Origin: Eledone cirrhosa
Lineage: Eukaryota
Direction of reading: 5' to 3'
Assembly (NCBI GenBank): GCA_964016885.1
Contig: OZ024740.1
Location: 342,860,001-342,924,000 of the forward strand
DNA: 64,000 bases
Shown here piece by piece: positions 63,046 through 64,000 of the stretch. The position numbers were made by a program, and so were the translations under genes. The notes beneath the pieces were generated by a model, which did not search any database, was not told where the DNA came from, and saw only the letters and a list, made by a program, of their open reading frames with translations. Position 1 is the stretch's first letter, and each line of letters begins with the position of its first letter.

Positions 63046-63420
63046 TCAACTCAAAACACCCACAGCATTACTGCGTATGATAGCGAGGCTGAGGCGCTGA
63101 AACAACCAAACACCCTCACAAGTACCACTTGATAATTCTCCAACGGAAGAAGCCAACGTTGGCAAAATCTTCACTACCAGTGGTCCAACTTTCCAGAACA
63201 TCTGGAATGCAACAGGTTGAAAAATACATTTAAAATCATATTTCAATAATTTATTCCGTCCAGCAATGAATGCAATGACCCCCACCTCCGCCACAGAATT
63301 ATGGATGTAAGGAGTGAAAAAGTCACTGACAGTGATGTCCCTTATCAAGCATTTACCCCTACCTCCAATGACAATGGGTAAATCAGCCGAGTCTCTTCTA
63401 ATCAACCCTTGATAATCCAA
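63046..63420 (-). pseudogene. Old AT-rich CRE-like REL endonuclease remnant
   Basis: GKCLIRDITVSD...LLKY...FQPVAF...WLFQRLSLAIIRSNA parallels the C-terminus of the 25-28 kb element. Confidence 0.7.
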
Positions 63421-64000
63421 CTCAGAATTGGCGGGACATTGATTCTGGTTAAAATTGGTTTATTTAATGCTATTAAACATAATTAGTTTTTCACATTTTA
63501 ATCAATGGACTTGCAGCCATGTCAGGTCATAGTTGTCAAGAATAAATGTAGGTCATATCAACGCTAGTACTTGTTTGTGTCTTATTTATTTTATCGATCT
63601 TGGGACATGATGTAATGCAACATATACAATAACATGGATATTTTAAAACCTGGACACACAAACTAAAGTATCAGCTGAACCAATTTCTTAAAGTTCTTAT
63701 CTGTAGTTCATAATAAATAATCTAGGTTTTTGTTTTTAACATCAGTACAAATTATTTATACAAATAAAAACAAATTATATAAAGAAAAAAAGTGAGAAAC
63801 CACAGGCACACTCAGTCACATACCAAAACACAGGGCACTAGAGCTCCCCTCTAATAATTTTTCATTGTTGTGAGTGATAGCGAGGCTAAGCTGCTGGAAT
63901 AACAAAGCACTCTCTCATGTGCATTATCTGATACACTAGTAGAATATTATCATCGTGTAACATACCGTTACCCTGTTAGCACAGATTTACTTATTTGAAA

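Overview
AT-rich eukaryotic (animal) genomic DNA dense in (TA)n/(CA)n/(CAT)n microsatellites and retroelements. The repeat repertoire suggests an octopus/cephalopod, which is an inference. Only one host gene is supportable: the long terminal coding exon of a class A GPCR (51661-52806, +). The rest is mobile DNA: decayed RTE, CR1-like, R4/Dong-like and CRE-like LINEs, two tRNA-derived SINE families, piggyBac and Tc1/mariner-type MITEs, a hAT (Buster/Charlie-like) relic, and a young non-autonomous tRNA-Trp-primed LTR element. The most striking structure is a ~9-kb Penelope-like element (RT + C-terminal GIY-YIG) arranged as a giant inverted repeat at 3.9-12.9 kb. It carries four copies of an atypical type I hammerhead ribozyme with a ~114-nt stem II. 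At least three more near-canonical hammerheads in unrelated sequence contexts sit in small ORF-less pLTR/retrozyme-like units at 36.6, 43.9 and 44.4 kb, plus decayed ones. Ribozyme folds were read by eye and are not tested. Most ORF-track entries are microsatellite or antisense-shadow artefacts.
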